Shown one piece after another: positions 36,943 through 52,300 of a DNA stretch of 64,000 nucleotides. The stretch's first letter is position 1. Each line of letters starts with the position of its first letter. The stretch is from the NCBI GenBank assembly GCA_964057225.1, contig OZ059898.1:16492001-16556000 (forward strand). Direction: 5' to 3'. The notes beneath the pieces were generated by a model. It did no database searches. It was not told the DNA's origin and saw nothing but the letters and a program-made list of their open reading frames with translations. Origin of the DNA: Auanema rhodensis. Lineage: Eukaryota > Animalia > Nematoda. A program made the position numbers and the translations under genes.

Positions 36943-37320
36943 ATCAAAGAACGAAAAATAAAAAGAAAAAGATTTATTTAAAAAAACAAAAAAAAATACA
37001 AAAAAATTCAAGAGAAAATTCCAAACTGAAAAAAATATAAAAAAATTCCTTATCACAATAATTTTAGGACAAAAAACAACTAAATATTGTTTTAATCAGA
37101 TTACGGTAGTTGATTATCAACAGTTCACTGTTTACCAACAATCTCTAAATGGAGCGCGATTACTATGGATTGTTTTATCAATGGGTCATTTTATTCAAAT
37201 TATTCATTTTATTTAATTTTTTCATGAATAATTGTTATCTTAATATTTTATATAAATTATATTATATATTTATCTTCATTTATACTATTCCTTTTAGTAT
37301 CTATAGCCATATTCTTGACA
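36943..37320 (-). repeat. 5' LTR (378 bp)
   Basis: Direct repeat of 30611-30988, followed on the minus strand by the PBS. Confidence 0.95.
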
Positions 37321-40300
37321 GCACATCACGTGTACATTTAATTAGCATAAATTAAAGTTCACGTAAATTTCAAAGTCATGGTTACCATGAACCAATATCA
37401 ATAAAAATTTGTTTTTAGACTAATATGGACATGGGGAATCTAATTTTAAAAACCGCATCTCTTTATCTTTCACGTGAAGCGAGTTACATACCAAGTGCAC
37501 ATCACGTGTACATTTAATTAGCATAAATTAAAGTTCACGTAAATTTCAAAGTCATGGTTACCATGAACCAATATCAATAAAAATTTGTTTTTAGACTAAT
37601 ATGGACATGGGGAATCTAATTTTGAAAACCGCATCTTTTTATCTTTCACGTGAAGCGAGTTACATACCAAGTGCACATCACGTGTACATTTAATTAGCAT
37701 TAATTAAAGTTCACGTAAATTTCAAAGTCATGGTTACCATGCACCAATATCAATAAAAATTTGTTTTTAGACTAATATGGACATGGGGAATCTAATTTTG
37801 AAAACCGCATCTCTTTATCTTTCACGTGAAGCGAGTTACATACCGAGTGCACATCACGTGTACATTTAATTAGCATAAATTAAAGTTCACGTAAATTTCA
37901 AAGTCATGGTTACCATGAACCAATATCAATAAAAATTTGTTTTTAGACTAATATGGACATGGGGAATCTAATTTTGAAAACCGCATCTCTTTATCTTTCA
38001 CGTGAAGCGAGTTACATACCAAGTGCACATCACGTGTACATTTAATTAGCATAAATTAAAGTTCACGTAAATTTCAAAGACATGGTTACCATGAACCAAT
38101 ATCAATAAAAATTTGTTTTTAGACTAATATGGACATGGGGAATCTAATTGTGAAAACCGCATCTCTTTATCTTTCACGTGAAGCGAGTTACATACCAAGT
38201 GCACATCACGTGTACATTTAATTAGCATAAATTAAAGTTCACGTAAATTTCAAAGTCATGGTTACCATGAACCAATATCAATAAAAATTTGTTTTTAGAC
38301 TAATATGGACATGGGGAATCTAATTTTGAAAACCGCATCTTTTTATCTTTCACGTGAAGCGAGTTACATACCAAGTGCACATCACGTGTACATTTAATTA
38401 GCATTAATTAAAGTTCACGTAAATTTCAAAGTCATGGTTACCATGCACCAATATCAATAAAAATTTGTTTTTAGACTAATATGGACATGGGGAATCTAAT
38501 TTTGAAAACCGCATCTCTTTATCTTTCACGTGAAGCGAGTTACATACCGAGTGCACATCACGTGTACATTTAATTAGCATAAATTAAAGTTCACGTAAAT
38601 TTCAAAGTCATGGTTACCATGAACCAATATCAATAAAAATTTGTTTTTAGACTAATATGGACATGGGGAATCTAATTTTGAAAACCGCATCTCTTTATCT
38701 TTCACGTGAAGCGAGTTACATACCAAGTGCACATCACGTGTACATTTAATTAGCATAAATTAAAGTTCACGTAAATTTCAAAGACATGGTTACCATGAAC
38801 CAATATCAATAAAAATTTGTTTTTAGACTAATATGGACATGGGGAATCTAATTGTGAAAACCGCATCTCTTTATCTTTCACGTGAAGCGAGTTACATACC
38901 AAGTGCACATCACGTGTACATTTAATTAGCATAAATTAAAGTTCACGTAAATTTCAAAGTCATGGTTACCATGAACCAATATCAATAAAAATTTGTTTTT
39001 AGACTAATATGGACATGAGGAATCTAATTGTGAAAACCGCATCTCTTTATCTTTCACGTGAAGCGAGTTACATACCAAGTGCACATCACGTGTACATTTA
39101 ATTAGCATAAATTAAAGTTTACGTAAATTTCAAAGTCATGGTTACCATGAACCAATATCAATAAAAATTTGTTTTTTGACTAATATGGACATGGGGAATC
39201 TAATTTTGAAAACCGCATCTCTTTATCTTTCACGTGAAGCGAGTTACATACCAAGTGCACATCACGTGTACATTTAATTAGCATAAATTAAAGTTCACGT
39301 AAATTTCAAAGACATGGTTACCATGAACCAATATCAATAAAAATTTGTTTTTAGACTAATATGGACATGGGGAATCTAATTGTGAAAACCGCATCTCTTT
39401 ATCTTTCACGTGAAGCGAGTTACATACCAAGTGCACATCACGTGTACATTTAATTAGCATAAATTAAAGTTCACGTAAATTTCAAAGTCATGGTTACCAT
39501 GAACCAATATCAATAAAAATTTGTTTTTAGACTAATATGGACATGAGGAATCTAATTGTGAAAACCGCATCTCTTTATCTTTCACGTGAAGCGAGTTACA
39601 TACCAAGTGCACATCACGTGTACATTTAATTAGCATAAATTAAAGTTCACGTAAATTTCAAAGACATGGTTACCATGAACCAATATCAATAAAAATTTGT
39701 TTTTAGACTAATATGGACATGGGGAATCTAATTTTGAAAACCGCATCTCTTTATCTTTCACGTGAAGCGAGTTACATACCAAGTGCACATCACGTGTACA
39801 TTTAATTAGCATAAATTAAAGTTCACGTAAATTTCAAAGTCATGGTTACCATGAACCAATATCAATAAAAATTTGTTTTTAGACTAATATGGACATGGGG
39901 AATCTAATTTTGAAAACCGCATCTCTTTATCTTTCACGTGAAGCGAGTTACATACCAAGTGCACATCACGTGTACATTTAATTAGCATAAATTAAAGTTC
40001 ACGTAAATTTCAAAGACATGGTTACCATGAACCAATATCAATAAAAATTTGTTTTTAGACTAATATGGACATGGGGAATCTAATTGTGAAAACCGCATCT
40101 CTTTATCTTTCACGTGAAGCGAGTTACATACCAAGTGCACATCACGTGTACATTTAATTAGCATAAATTAAAGTTCACGTAAATTTCAAAGTCATGGTTA
40201 CCATGAACCAATATCAATAAAAATTTGTTTTTAGACTAATATGGACATGAGGAATCTAATTGTGAAAACCGCATCACTTTATCTTTCACGTGAAGCGAGT

Positions 40301-43300
40301 TACATACCAAGTGCACATCACGTGTACATTTAATTAGCATAAATTAAAGTTCACGTAAATTTCAAAGTCATGGTTACCATGAACCAATATCAATAAAAAT
40401 TTGTTTTTAGACTAATATGGACATGGGGAATCTAATTTTGAAAACCGCATCTCTTTATCTTTCACGTGAAGCGAGTTACATACCAAGTGCACATCACGTG
40501 TACATTTAATTAGCATAAATTAAAGTTCACGTAAATTTCAAAGTCATGGTTACCATGAACCAATATCAATAAAAATTTGTTTTTAGACTAATATGGACAT
40601 GGGGAATCTAATTTTGAAAACCGCATCTCTTTATCTTTCACGTGAAGCGAGTTACATACCAAGTGCACATCACGTGTACATTTAATTAGCATAAATTAAA
40701 GTTCACGTAAATTTCAAAGTCATGGTTACCATGCACCAATATCAATAAAAATTTGTTTTTAGACTAATATGGACATGGGGAATCAAATTTTGAAAACCGC
40801 ATCTCTTTATCTTTCACGTGAAGCGAGTTACATACCAAGTGCACATCACGTGTACATTTAATTAGCATAAATTAAAGTTCACGTAAATTTCAAAGACATG
40901 GTTACCATGAACCAATATCAATAAAAATTTGTTTTTAGACTAATATGGACATGGGAAATCTAATTTTGAAAACCGCATCTCTTTATCTTTCACGTGAAGC
41001 GAGTTACATACCAAGTGCACATCACGTGTACATTTAATTAGCATAAATTAAAGTTCACGTAAATTTCAAAGTCATGGTTACCATGAACCAATATCAATAA
41101 AAATTTGTTTTTAGACTAATATGGATATGGGGAATCTAATTTTGAAAACAGCATCTCTTTATCTTTCACGTGAAGCGAGTTACATACCAAGTGCACATCA
41201 CGTGTACATTTAATTAGCATAAATTAAAGTTCACGTAAATTTCAAAGACATGGTTACCATGAACCAATATCAATAAAAATTTGTTTTTAGACTAATATGG
41301 ACATGGGGAATCTAATTTTGAAAACCGCATCTCTTTATCTTTCACGTGAAGCGAGTTACATACCAAGTGCACATCACGTGTACATTTAATTAGCATAAAT
41401 TAAAGTTCACGTAAATTTCAAAGACATGGTTACCATGAACCAATATCAATAAAAATTTGTTTTTAGACTAATATGGACATGGGGAATCTAATTTTGAAAA
41501 CCGCATCTCTTTATCTTTCACGTGAAGCGAGTTACATACCAAGTGCACATCACGTGTACATTTAATTAGCATAAATTAAAGTTCACGTAAATTTCAAAGT
41601 CATGGTTACCATGAACCAATATCAATAAAAATTTGTTTTTAGACTAATATGGACATGGGGAATCTAATTGTGAAAACCGCATCTCTTTATCTTTCACGTG
41701 AAGCGAGTTACATACCAAGTGCACATCACGTGTACATTTAATTAGCATAAATTAAAGTTCACGTAAATTTCAAAGTCATGGTTACCATGAACCAATATCA
41801 ATAAAAATTTGTTTTTAGACTAATATGGACATGGGGAATCTAATTGTGAAAACCGCATCTCTTTATCTTTCACGTGAAGCGAGTTACATACCAAGTGCAC
41901 ATCACGTGTACATTTAATTAGCATAAATTAAAGTTCACGTAAATTTCAAAGTCATGGTTACCATGAACCAATATCAATAAAAATTTGTTTTTAGACTAAT
42001 ATGGACATGGGGAATCTAATTTTGAAAACCGCATCTCTTTATCTTTCACGTGAAGCGAGTTACATACCAAGTGCACATCACGTGTACATTTAATTAGCAT
42101 AAATTAAAGTTCACTTAAATTTCAAAGTCATGGTTACCATGAACCAATATCAATAAAAATTTGTTTTTAGACTAATATGGACATGGGGAATCTAATTTTG
42201 AAAACCGTATCTCTTTATCTCTCACGTGAAGCGAGTTACATACCGAGTGCACATCACGTGTACATTTAATTAGCATAAATTAAAGTTCACGTAAATTTCA
42301 AAGTCATGGTTACCATGAACCAATATCAATAAAAATTCGTTTTTAGACTAATATGGACATGGGGAATCTAATTTTGAAAACCGCATCTCTTTATCTTTCA
42401 CGTGAAGCGAGTTACATACCAAGTGCACATCACGTGTACATTTAATTAGCATAAATTAAAGTTCACGTAAATTTCAAAGTCATGGTTACCATGAACCAAT
42501 ATCAATAAAAATTTGTTTTTAGACTAATATGGACATGGGGAATCTAATTGTGAAAACCGCATCTCTTTATCTTTCACGTGAAGCGAGTTACATACCAAGT
42601 GCACATCACGTGTACATTTAATTAGCATAAATTAAAGTTCACGTAAATTTCAAAGTCATGGTTACCATGAACCAATATCAATAAAAATTTGTTTTTAGAC
42701 TAATATGGACATGGGGAATCTAATTGTGAAAACCGCATCTCTTTATCTCTCACGTGAAGCGAGTTACATACCGAGTGCACATCACGTGTACATTTAATTA
42801 GCATAAATTAAAGTTCACGTAAATTTCAAAGTCATGGTTACCATGAACCAATATCAATAAAAATTTGTTTTTAGACTAATATGGACATGGGGAATCTAAT
42901 TTTGAAAACCGCATCTCTTTATCTTTCACGTGAAGCGAGTTACATACCAAGTGCACATCACGTGTACATTTAATTAGCATAAATTAAAGTTCACGTAAAT
43001 TTCAAAGTCATGGTTACCATGAACCAATATCAATAAAAATTTGTTTTTAGACTAATATGGACATGGGGAATCTAATTGTGAAAACCGCATCTCTTTATCT
43101 TTCACGTGAAGCGAGTTACATACCAAGTGCACATCACGTGTACATTTAATTAGCATAAATTAAAGTTCACGTAAATTTCAAAGTCATGGTTACCATGAAC
43201 CAATATCAATAAAAATTTGTTTTTAGACTAATATGGACATGGGGAATCTAATTGTGAAAACCGCATCTCTTTATCTTTCACGTGAAGCGAGTTACATACC

Positions 43301-46300
43301 AAGTGCACATCACGTGTACATTTAATTAGCATAAATTAAAGTTCACTTAAATTTCAAAGTCATGGTTACCATGAACCAATATCAATAAAAATTTGTTTTT
43401 AGACTAATATGGACATGGGGAATCTAATTTTGAAAACCGCATCTCTTTATCTTTCACGTGAAGCGAGTTACATACCAAGTGCACATCACGTGTACATTTA
43501 ATTAGCATAAATTAAAGTTCACTTAAATTTCAAAGTCATTGTTACCATGAACCAATATCAATAAAAATTTGTTTTTAGACTAATATGGACATGGGGAATC
43601 TAATTTTGAAAACCGCATCTCTTTATCTTTCACGTGAAGCGAGTTACATACCAAGTGCACATCACGTGTACATTTAATTAGCATAAATTAAAGTTCACGT
43701 AAATTTCAAAGTCATGGTTACCATGAACCAATATCAATAAAAATTTGTTTTTAGACTAATATGGACATGGGGAATCTAATTGTGAAAACCGCATCTCTTT
43801 ATCTTTCACGTGAAGCGAGTTACATACCAAGTGCACATCACGTGTACATTTAATTAGCATAAATTAAAGTTCACGTAAATTTCAAAGTCATGGTTACCAT
43901 GAACCAATATCAATAAAAATTTGTTTTTAGACTAATATGGACATGGGGAATCTAATTGTGAAAACCGCATCTCTTTATCTTTCACGTGAAGCGAGTTACA
44001 TACCAAGTGCACATCACGTGTACATTTAATTAGCATAAATTAAAGTTCACGTAAATTTCAAAGTCATGGTTACCATGAACCAATATCAATAAAAATTTGT
44101 TTTTAGACTAATATGGACATGGGGAATCTAATTGTGAAAACCGCATCTCTTTATCTTTCACGTGAAGCGAGTTACATACCAAGTGCACATCACGTGTACA
44201 TTTAATTAGCATAAATTAAAGTTCACTTAAATTTCAAAGTCATGGTTACCATGAACCAATATCAATAAAAATTCGTTTTTAGACTAATATGGACATGGGG
44301 AATCTAATTGTGAAAACCGCATCTCTTTATCTTTCACGTGAAGCGAGTTACATACCAAGTGCACATCACGTGTACATTTAATTAGCATAAATTAAAGTTC
44401 ACGTAAATTTCAAAGTCATGGTTACCATGAACCAATATCAATAAAAATTTGTTTTTAGACTAATATGGACATGGGGAATCTAATTGTGAAAACCGCATCT
44501 CTTTATCTTTCACGTGAAGCGAGTTACATACCAAGTGCACATCACGTGTACATTTAATTAGCATAAATTAAAGTTCACGTAAATTTCAAAGTCATGGTTA
44601 CCATGAACCAATATCAATAAAAATTTGTTTTTAGACTAATATGGACATGGGGAATCTAATTTTGAAAACCGCATCTCTTTATCTTTCACGTGAAGCGAGT
44701 TACATACCAAGTGCACATCACGTGTACATTTAATTAGCATAAATTAAAGTTCACTTAAATTTCAAAGTCATGGTTACCATGAACCAATATCAATAAAAAT
44801 TTGTTTTTAGACTAATATGGACATGGGGAATCTAATTTTGAAAACCGCATCTCTTTATCTCTCACGTGAAGCGAGTTACATACCGAGTGCACATCACGTG
44901 CACATTTAATTAGCATAAATTAAAGTTCACGTAAATTTCAAAGTCATGGTTACCATGAACCAATATCAATAAAAATTTGTTTTTAGACTAATATGGACAT
45001 GGGGAATCTAATTTTGAAAACCGCATCTCTTTATCTTTCACGTGAAGCGAGTTACATACCAAGTGCACATCACGTGTACATTTAATTAGCATAAATTAAA
45101 GTTCACGTAAATTTCAAAGTCATGGTTACCATGAACCAATATCAATAAAAATTTGTTTTTAGACTAATATGGACATGGGGAATCTAATTGTGAAAACCGC
45201 ATCTCTTTATCTTTCACGTGAAGCGAGTTACATACCAAGTGCACATCACGTGTACATTTAATTAGCATAAATTAAAGTTCACGTAAATTTCAAAGTCATG
45301 GTTACCATGAACCAATATCAATAAAAATTTGTTTTTAGACTAATATGGACATGGGGAATCTAATTGTGAAAACCGCATCTCTTTATCTTTCACGTGAAGC
45401 GAGTTACATACCAAGTGCACATCACGTGTACATTTAATTAGCATAAATTAAAGTTCACGTAAATTTCAAAGTCATGGTTACCATGAACCAATATCAATAA
45501 AAATTTGTTTTTAGACTAATATGGACATGGGGAATCTAATTTTGAAAACCGCATCTCTTTATCTTTCACGTGAAGCGAGTTACATACCAAGTGCACATCA
45601 CGTGTACATTTAATTAGCATAAATTAAAGTTCACTTAAATTTCAAAGTCATGGTTACCATGAACCAATATCAATAAAAATTTGTTTTTAGACTAATATGG
45701 ACATGGGGAATCTAATTTTGAAAACCGCATCTCTTTATCTCTCACGTGAAGCGAGTTACATACCGAGTGCACATCACGTGCACATTTAATTAGCATAAAT
45801 TAAAGTTCACGTAAATTTCAAAGTCATGGTTACCATGAACCAATATCAATAAAAATTTGTTTTTAGACTAATATGGACATGGGGAATCTAATTTTGAAAA
45901 CCGCATCTCTTTATCTTTCACGTGAAGCGAGTTACATACCAAGTGCACATCACGTGTACATTTAATTAGCATAAATTAAAGTTCACGTAAATTTCAAAGT
46001 CATGGTTACCATGAACCAATATCAATAAAAATTTGTTTTTAGACTAATATGGACATGGGGAATCTAATTTTGAAAACCGCATCTCTTTATCTTTCACGTG
46101 AAGCGAGTTACATACCAAGTGCACATCACGTGTACATTTAATTAGCATAAATTAAAGTTCACGTAAATTTCAAAGACATGGTTACCATGAACCAATATCA
46201 ATAAAAATTTGTTTTTAGACTAATATGGACATGGGGAATCTAATTTTGAAAACCGCATCTCTTTATCTTTCACGTGAAGCGAGTTACATACCAAGTGCAC

Positions 46301-49300
46301 ATCACGTGTACATTTAATTAGCATAAATTAAAGTTCACTTAAATTTCAAAGTCATTGTTACCATGAACCAATATCAATAAAAATTTGTTTTTAGACTAAT
46401 ATGGACATGGGGAATCTAATTTTGAAAACCGCATCTCTTTATCTCTCACGTGAAGCGAGTTACATACCGAGTGCACATCACGTGTACATTTAATTAGCAT
46501 AAATTAAAGTTCACGTAAATTTCAAAGTCATGGTTACCATGAACCAATATCAATAAAAATTTGTTTTTAGACTAATATGGACATGGGGAATCTAATTTTG
46601 AAAACCGCATCTCTTTATCTTTCACGTGAAGCGAGTTACATACCAAGTGCACATCACGTGTACATTTAATTAGCATAAATTAAAGTTCACGTAAATTTCA
46701 AAGTCATGGTTACCATGAACCAATATCAATAAAAATTTGTTTTTAGACTAATATGGACATGGGGAATCTAATTGTGAAAACCGCATCTCTTTATCTTTCA
46801 CGTGAAGCGAGTTACATACCAAGTGCACATCACGTGTACATTTAATTAGCATAAATTAAAGTTCACGTAAATTTCAAAGTCATGGTTACCATGAACCAAT
46901 ATCAATAAAAATTTGTTTTTAGACTAATATGGACATGGGGAATCTAATTGTGAAAACCGCATCTCTTTATCTTTCACGTGAAGCGAGTTACATACCAAGT
47001 GCACATCACGTGTACATTTAATTAGCATAAATTAAAGTTCACGTAAATTTCAAAGTCATGGTTACCATGAATCAATATCAATAAAAATTTGTTTTTAGAC
47101 TAATATGGACATGGGGAATCTAATTTTGAAAACCGCATCTCTTTATCTTTCACGTGAAGCGAGTTACATACCAAGTGCACATCACGTGTACATTTAATTA
47201 GCATAAATTAAAGTTCACGTAAATTTCAAAGTCATGGTTACCATGAACCAATATCAATAAAAATTTGTTTTTAGACTAATATGGACATGGGGAATCTAAT
47301 TTTGAAAACCGCATCTCTTTATCTTTCACGTGAAGCGAGTTACATACCAAGTGCACATCACGTGTACATTTAATTAGCATAAATTAAAGTTCACGTAAAT
47401 TTCAAAGACATGGTTACCATGAACCAATATCAATAAAAATTTGTTTTTAGACTAATATGGACATGGGGAATCTAATTGTGAAAACCGCATCTCTTTATCT
47501 TTCACGTGAAGCGAGTTACATACCAAGTGCACATCACGTGTACATTTAATTAGCATAAATTAAAGTTCACGTAAATTTCAAAGTCATGGTTACCATGAAC
47601 CAATATCAATAAAAATTTGTTTTTAGACTAATATGGACATGGGGAATCTAATTGTGAAAACCGCATCTCTTTATCTTTCACGTGAAGCGAGTTACATACC
47701 AAGTGCACATCACGTGTACATTTAATTAGCATAAATTAAAGTTCACGTAAATTTCAAAGTCATGGTTACCATGAACCAATATCAATAAAAATTTGTTTTT
47801 AGACTAATATGGACATGGGGAATCTAATTTTGAAAACCGCATCTCTTTATCTTTCACGTGAAGCGAGTTACATACCAAGTGCACATCACGTGTACATTTA
47901 ATTAGCATAAATTAAAGTTCACGTAAATTTCAAAGACATGGTTACCATGAACCAATATCAATAAAAATTTGTTTTTAGACTAATATGGACATGGGGAATC
48001 TAATTGTGAAAACCGCATCTCTTTATCTTTCACGTGAAGCGAGTTACATACCAAGTGCACATCACGTGTACATTTAATTAGCATAAATTAAAGTTCACGT
48101 AAATTTCAAAGTCATGGTTACCATGAACCAATATCAATAAAAATTTGTTTTTAGACTAATATGGACATGGGGAATCTAATTGTGAAAACCGCATCTCTTT
48201 ATCTTTCACGTGAAGCGAGTTACATACCAAGTGCACATCACGTGTACATTTAATTAGCATAAATTAAAGTTCACGTAAATTTCAAAGTCATGGTTACCAT
48301 GAACCAATATCAATAAAAATTTGTTTTTAGACTAATATGGACATGGGGAATCTAATTTTGAAAACCGCATCTCTTTATCTTTCACGTGAAGCGAGTTACA
48401 TACCAAGTGCACATCACGTGTACATTTAATTAGCATAAATTAAAGTTCACTTAAATTTCAAAGTCATGGTTACCATGAACCAATATCAATAAAAATTTGT
48501 TTTTAGACTAATATGGACATGGGGAATCTAATTTTGAAAACCGTATCTCTTTATCTCTCACGTGAAGCGAGTTACATACCGAGTGCACATCACGTGTACA
48601 TTTAATTAGCATAAATTAAAGTTCACGTAAATTTCAAAGTCATGGTTACCATGAACCAATATCAATAAAAATTCGTTTTTAGACTAATATGGACATGGGG
48701 AATCTAATTTTGAAAACCGCATCTCTTTATCTTTCACGTGAAGCGAGTTACATACCAAGTGCACATCACGTGTACATTTAATTAGCATAAATTAAAGTTC
48801 ACGTAAATTTCAAAGTCATGGTTACCATGAACCAATATCAATAAAAATTTGTTTTTAGACTAATATGGACATGGGGAATCTAATTGTGAAAACCGCATCT
48901 CTTTATCTTTCACGTGAAGCGAGTTACATACCAAGTGCACATCACGTGTACATTTAATTAGCATAAATTAAAGTTCACGTAAATTTCAAAGTCATGGTTA
49001 CCATGAACCAATATCAATAAAAATTTGTTTTTAGACTAATATGGACATGGGGAATCTAATTGTGAAAACCGCATCTCTTTATCTCTCACGTGAAGCGAGT
49101 TACATACCAAGTGCACATCACGTGTACATTTAATTAGCATAAATTAAAGTTCACGTAAATTTCAAAGTCATGGTTACCATGAACCAATATCAATAAAAAT
49201 TTGTTTTTAGACTAATATGGACATGGGGAATCTAATTGTGAAAACCGCATCTCTTTATCTTTCACGTGAAGCGAGTTACATACCAAGTGCACATCACGTG

Positions 49301-52300
49301 TACATTTAATTAGCATAAATTAAAGTTCACGTAAATTTCAAAGTCATGGTTACCATGAACCAATATCAATAAAAATTTGTTTTTAGACTAATATGGACAT
49401 GGGGAATCTAATTGTGAAAACCGCATCTCTTTATCTTTCACGTGAAGCGAGTTACATACCAAGTGCACATCACGTGTACATTTAATTAGCATAAATTAAA
49501 GTTCACGTAAATTTCAAAGTCATGGTTACCATGAACCAATATCAATAAAAATTTGTTTTTAGACTAATATGGACATGGGGAATCTAATTTTGAAAACCGC
49601 ATCTCTTTATCTTTCACGTGAAGCGAGTTACATACCAAGTGCACATCACGTGTACATTTAATTAGCATAAATTAAAGTTCACGTAAATTTCAAAGTCATG
49701 GTTACCATGAACCAATATCAATAAAAATTTGTTTTTAGACTAATATGGACATGGGGAATCTAATTGTGAAAACCGCATCTTTTTATCTTTCACGTGAAGC
49801 GAGTTACATACCAAGTGCACATCACGTGTACATTTAATTAGCATAAATTAAAGTTCACGTAAATTTCAAAGTCATGGTTACCATGAACCAATATCAATAA
49901 AAATTTGTTTTTAGACTAATATGGACATGGGGAATCTAATTGTGAAAACCGCATCTCTTTATCTTTCACGTGAAGCGAGTTACATACCAAGTGCACATCA
50001 CGTGTACATTTAATTAGCATAAATTAAAGTTCACGTAAATTTCAAAGTCATGGTTACCATGAATCAATATCAATAAAAATTTGTTTTTAGACTAATATGG
50101 ACATGGGGAATCTAATTTTGAAAACCGCATCTCTTTATCTTTCACGTGAAGCGAGTTACATACCAAGTGCACATCACGTGTACATTTAATTAGCATAAAT
50201 TAAAGTTCACGTAAATTTCAAAGTCATGGTTACCATGAACCAATATCAATGAAAATTTGTTTTTAGACTAATATGGACATGGGGAATCTAATTTTGAAAA
50301 CGGCATCTCTTTATCTTTCACGTGAAGCGAGTTACATACCAAGTGCACATCACGTGTACATTTAATTAGCATAAATTAAAGTTCACGTAAATTTCAAAGA
50401 CATGGTTACCATGAACCAATATCAATAAAAATTTGTTTTTAGACTAATATGGACATGGGGAATCTAATTGTGAAAACCGCATCTCTTTATCTTTCACGTG
50501 AAGCGAGTTACATACCAAGTGCACATCACGTGTACATTTAATTAGCATAAATTAAAGTTCACGTAAATTTCAAAGTCATGGTTACCATGAACCAATATCA
50601 ATAAAAATTTGTTTTTAGACTAATATGGACATGGAGAATCTAATTGTGAAAACCGCATCTCTTTATCTTTCACGTGAAGCGAGTTACATACCAAGTGCAC
50701 ATCACGTGTACATTTAATTAGCATAAATTAAAGTTCACGTAAATTTCAAAGTCATGGTTACCATGAACCAATATCAATAAAAATTTGTTTTTAGACTAAT
50801 ATGGACATGGGGAATCTAATTGTGAAAACCGCATCTCTTTATCTTTCACGTGAAGCGAGTTACATACCAAGTGCACATCACGTGTACATTTAATTAGCAT
50901 AAATTAAAGTTCACGTAAATTTCAAAGTCATGGTTACCATAAACCAATATCAATAAAAATTTGTTTTTAGACTAATATGGACATGGGGAATCTAATTTTG
51001 AAAACCGCATCTCTTTATCTTTCACGTGAAGCGAGTTACATACCAAGTGCACATCACGTGTACATTTAATTAGCATAAATTAAAGTTCACTTAAATTTCA
51101 AAGTCATGGTTACCATGAACCAATATCAATAAAAATTTGTTTTTAGACTAATATGGACATGGGGAATCTAATTTTGAAAACCGCATCTCTTTTTCTCTCA
51201 CGTGAAGCGAGTTACATACCGAGTGCACATCACGTGTACATTTAATTAGCATAAATTAAAGTTCACGTAAATTTCAAAGTCATGGTTACCATGAACCAAT
51301 ATCAATAAAAATTTGTTTTTAGACTAATATGGACATGGGGAATCTAATTTTGAAAACCGCATCTCTTTATCTTTCACGTGAAGCGAGTTACATACCAAGT
51401 GCACATCACGTGTACATTTAATTAGCATAAATTAAAGTTCACTTAAATTTCAAAGTCATGGTTACCATGAACCAATATCAATAAAAATTTGTTTTTAGAC
51501 TAATATGGACATGGGGAATCTAATTTTGAAAACCGCATCTCTTTATCTCTCACGTGAAGCGAGTTACATACCGAGTGCACATCACGTGTACATTTAATTA
51601 GCATAAATTAAAGTTCACGTAAATTTCAAAGTCATGGTTACCATGAACCAATATCAATAAAAATTTGTTTTTAGACTAATATGGACATGGGGAATCTAAT
51701 TTTGAAAACCGCATCTCTTTATCTTTCACGTGAAGCGAGTTACATATCAAGTGCACATCACGTGTACATTTAATTAGCATAAATTAAAGTTCACGTAAAT
51801 TTCAAAGTCATGGTTACCATGAACCAATATCAATAAAAATTTGTTTTTAGACTAATATGGACATGGGGAATCTAATTGTGAAAACCGCATCTCTTTATCT
51901 TTCACGTGAAGCGAGTTACATACCAAGTGCACATCACGTGTACATTTAATTAGCATAAATTAAAGTTCACGTAAATTTCAAAGTCATGGTTACCATGAAC
52001 CAATATCAATAAAAATTTGTTTTTAGACTAATATGGACATGGGGAATCTAATTGTGAAAACCGCATCTCTTTATCTTTCACGTGAAGCGAGTTACATACC
52101 AAGTGCACATCACGTGTACATTTAATTAGCATAAATTAAAGTTCACGTAAATTTCAAAGTCATGGTTACCATGAATCAATATCAATAAAAATTTGTTTTT
52201 AGACTAATATGGACATGGGGAATCTAATTTTGAAAACCGCATCTCTTTATCTTTCACGTGAAGCGAGTTACATACCAAGTGCACATCACGTGTACATTTA

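Larger units (their letters stand above)
30611..37320 (-). mobile_element. Ty3/gypsy (Metaviridae) LTR retrotransposon, Cer1-like, 6.7 kb, integrase-deleted
   Basis: Two 378-bp direct repeats offset by 6332 bp, TSD, PBS, PPT and a single gag-PR-RT-RH-IN ordered ORF (gypsy domain order). Confidence 0.97.

Noticed and set aside
42208-48674. 36-monomer period (6336 bp) nearly equal to the LTR-to-LTR offset (6332 bp)
   Set aside because: Total inserted length (6715 bp) is not a multiple of 176, and many other periods exist; treated as coincidence.
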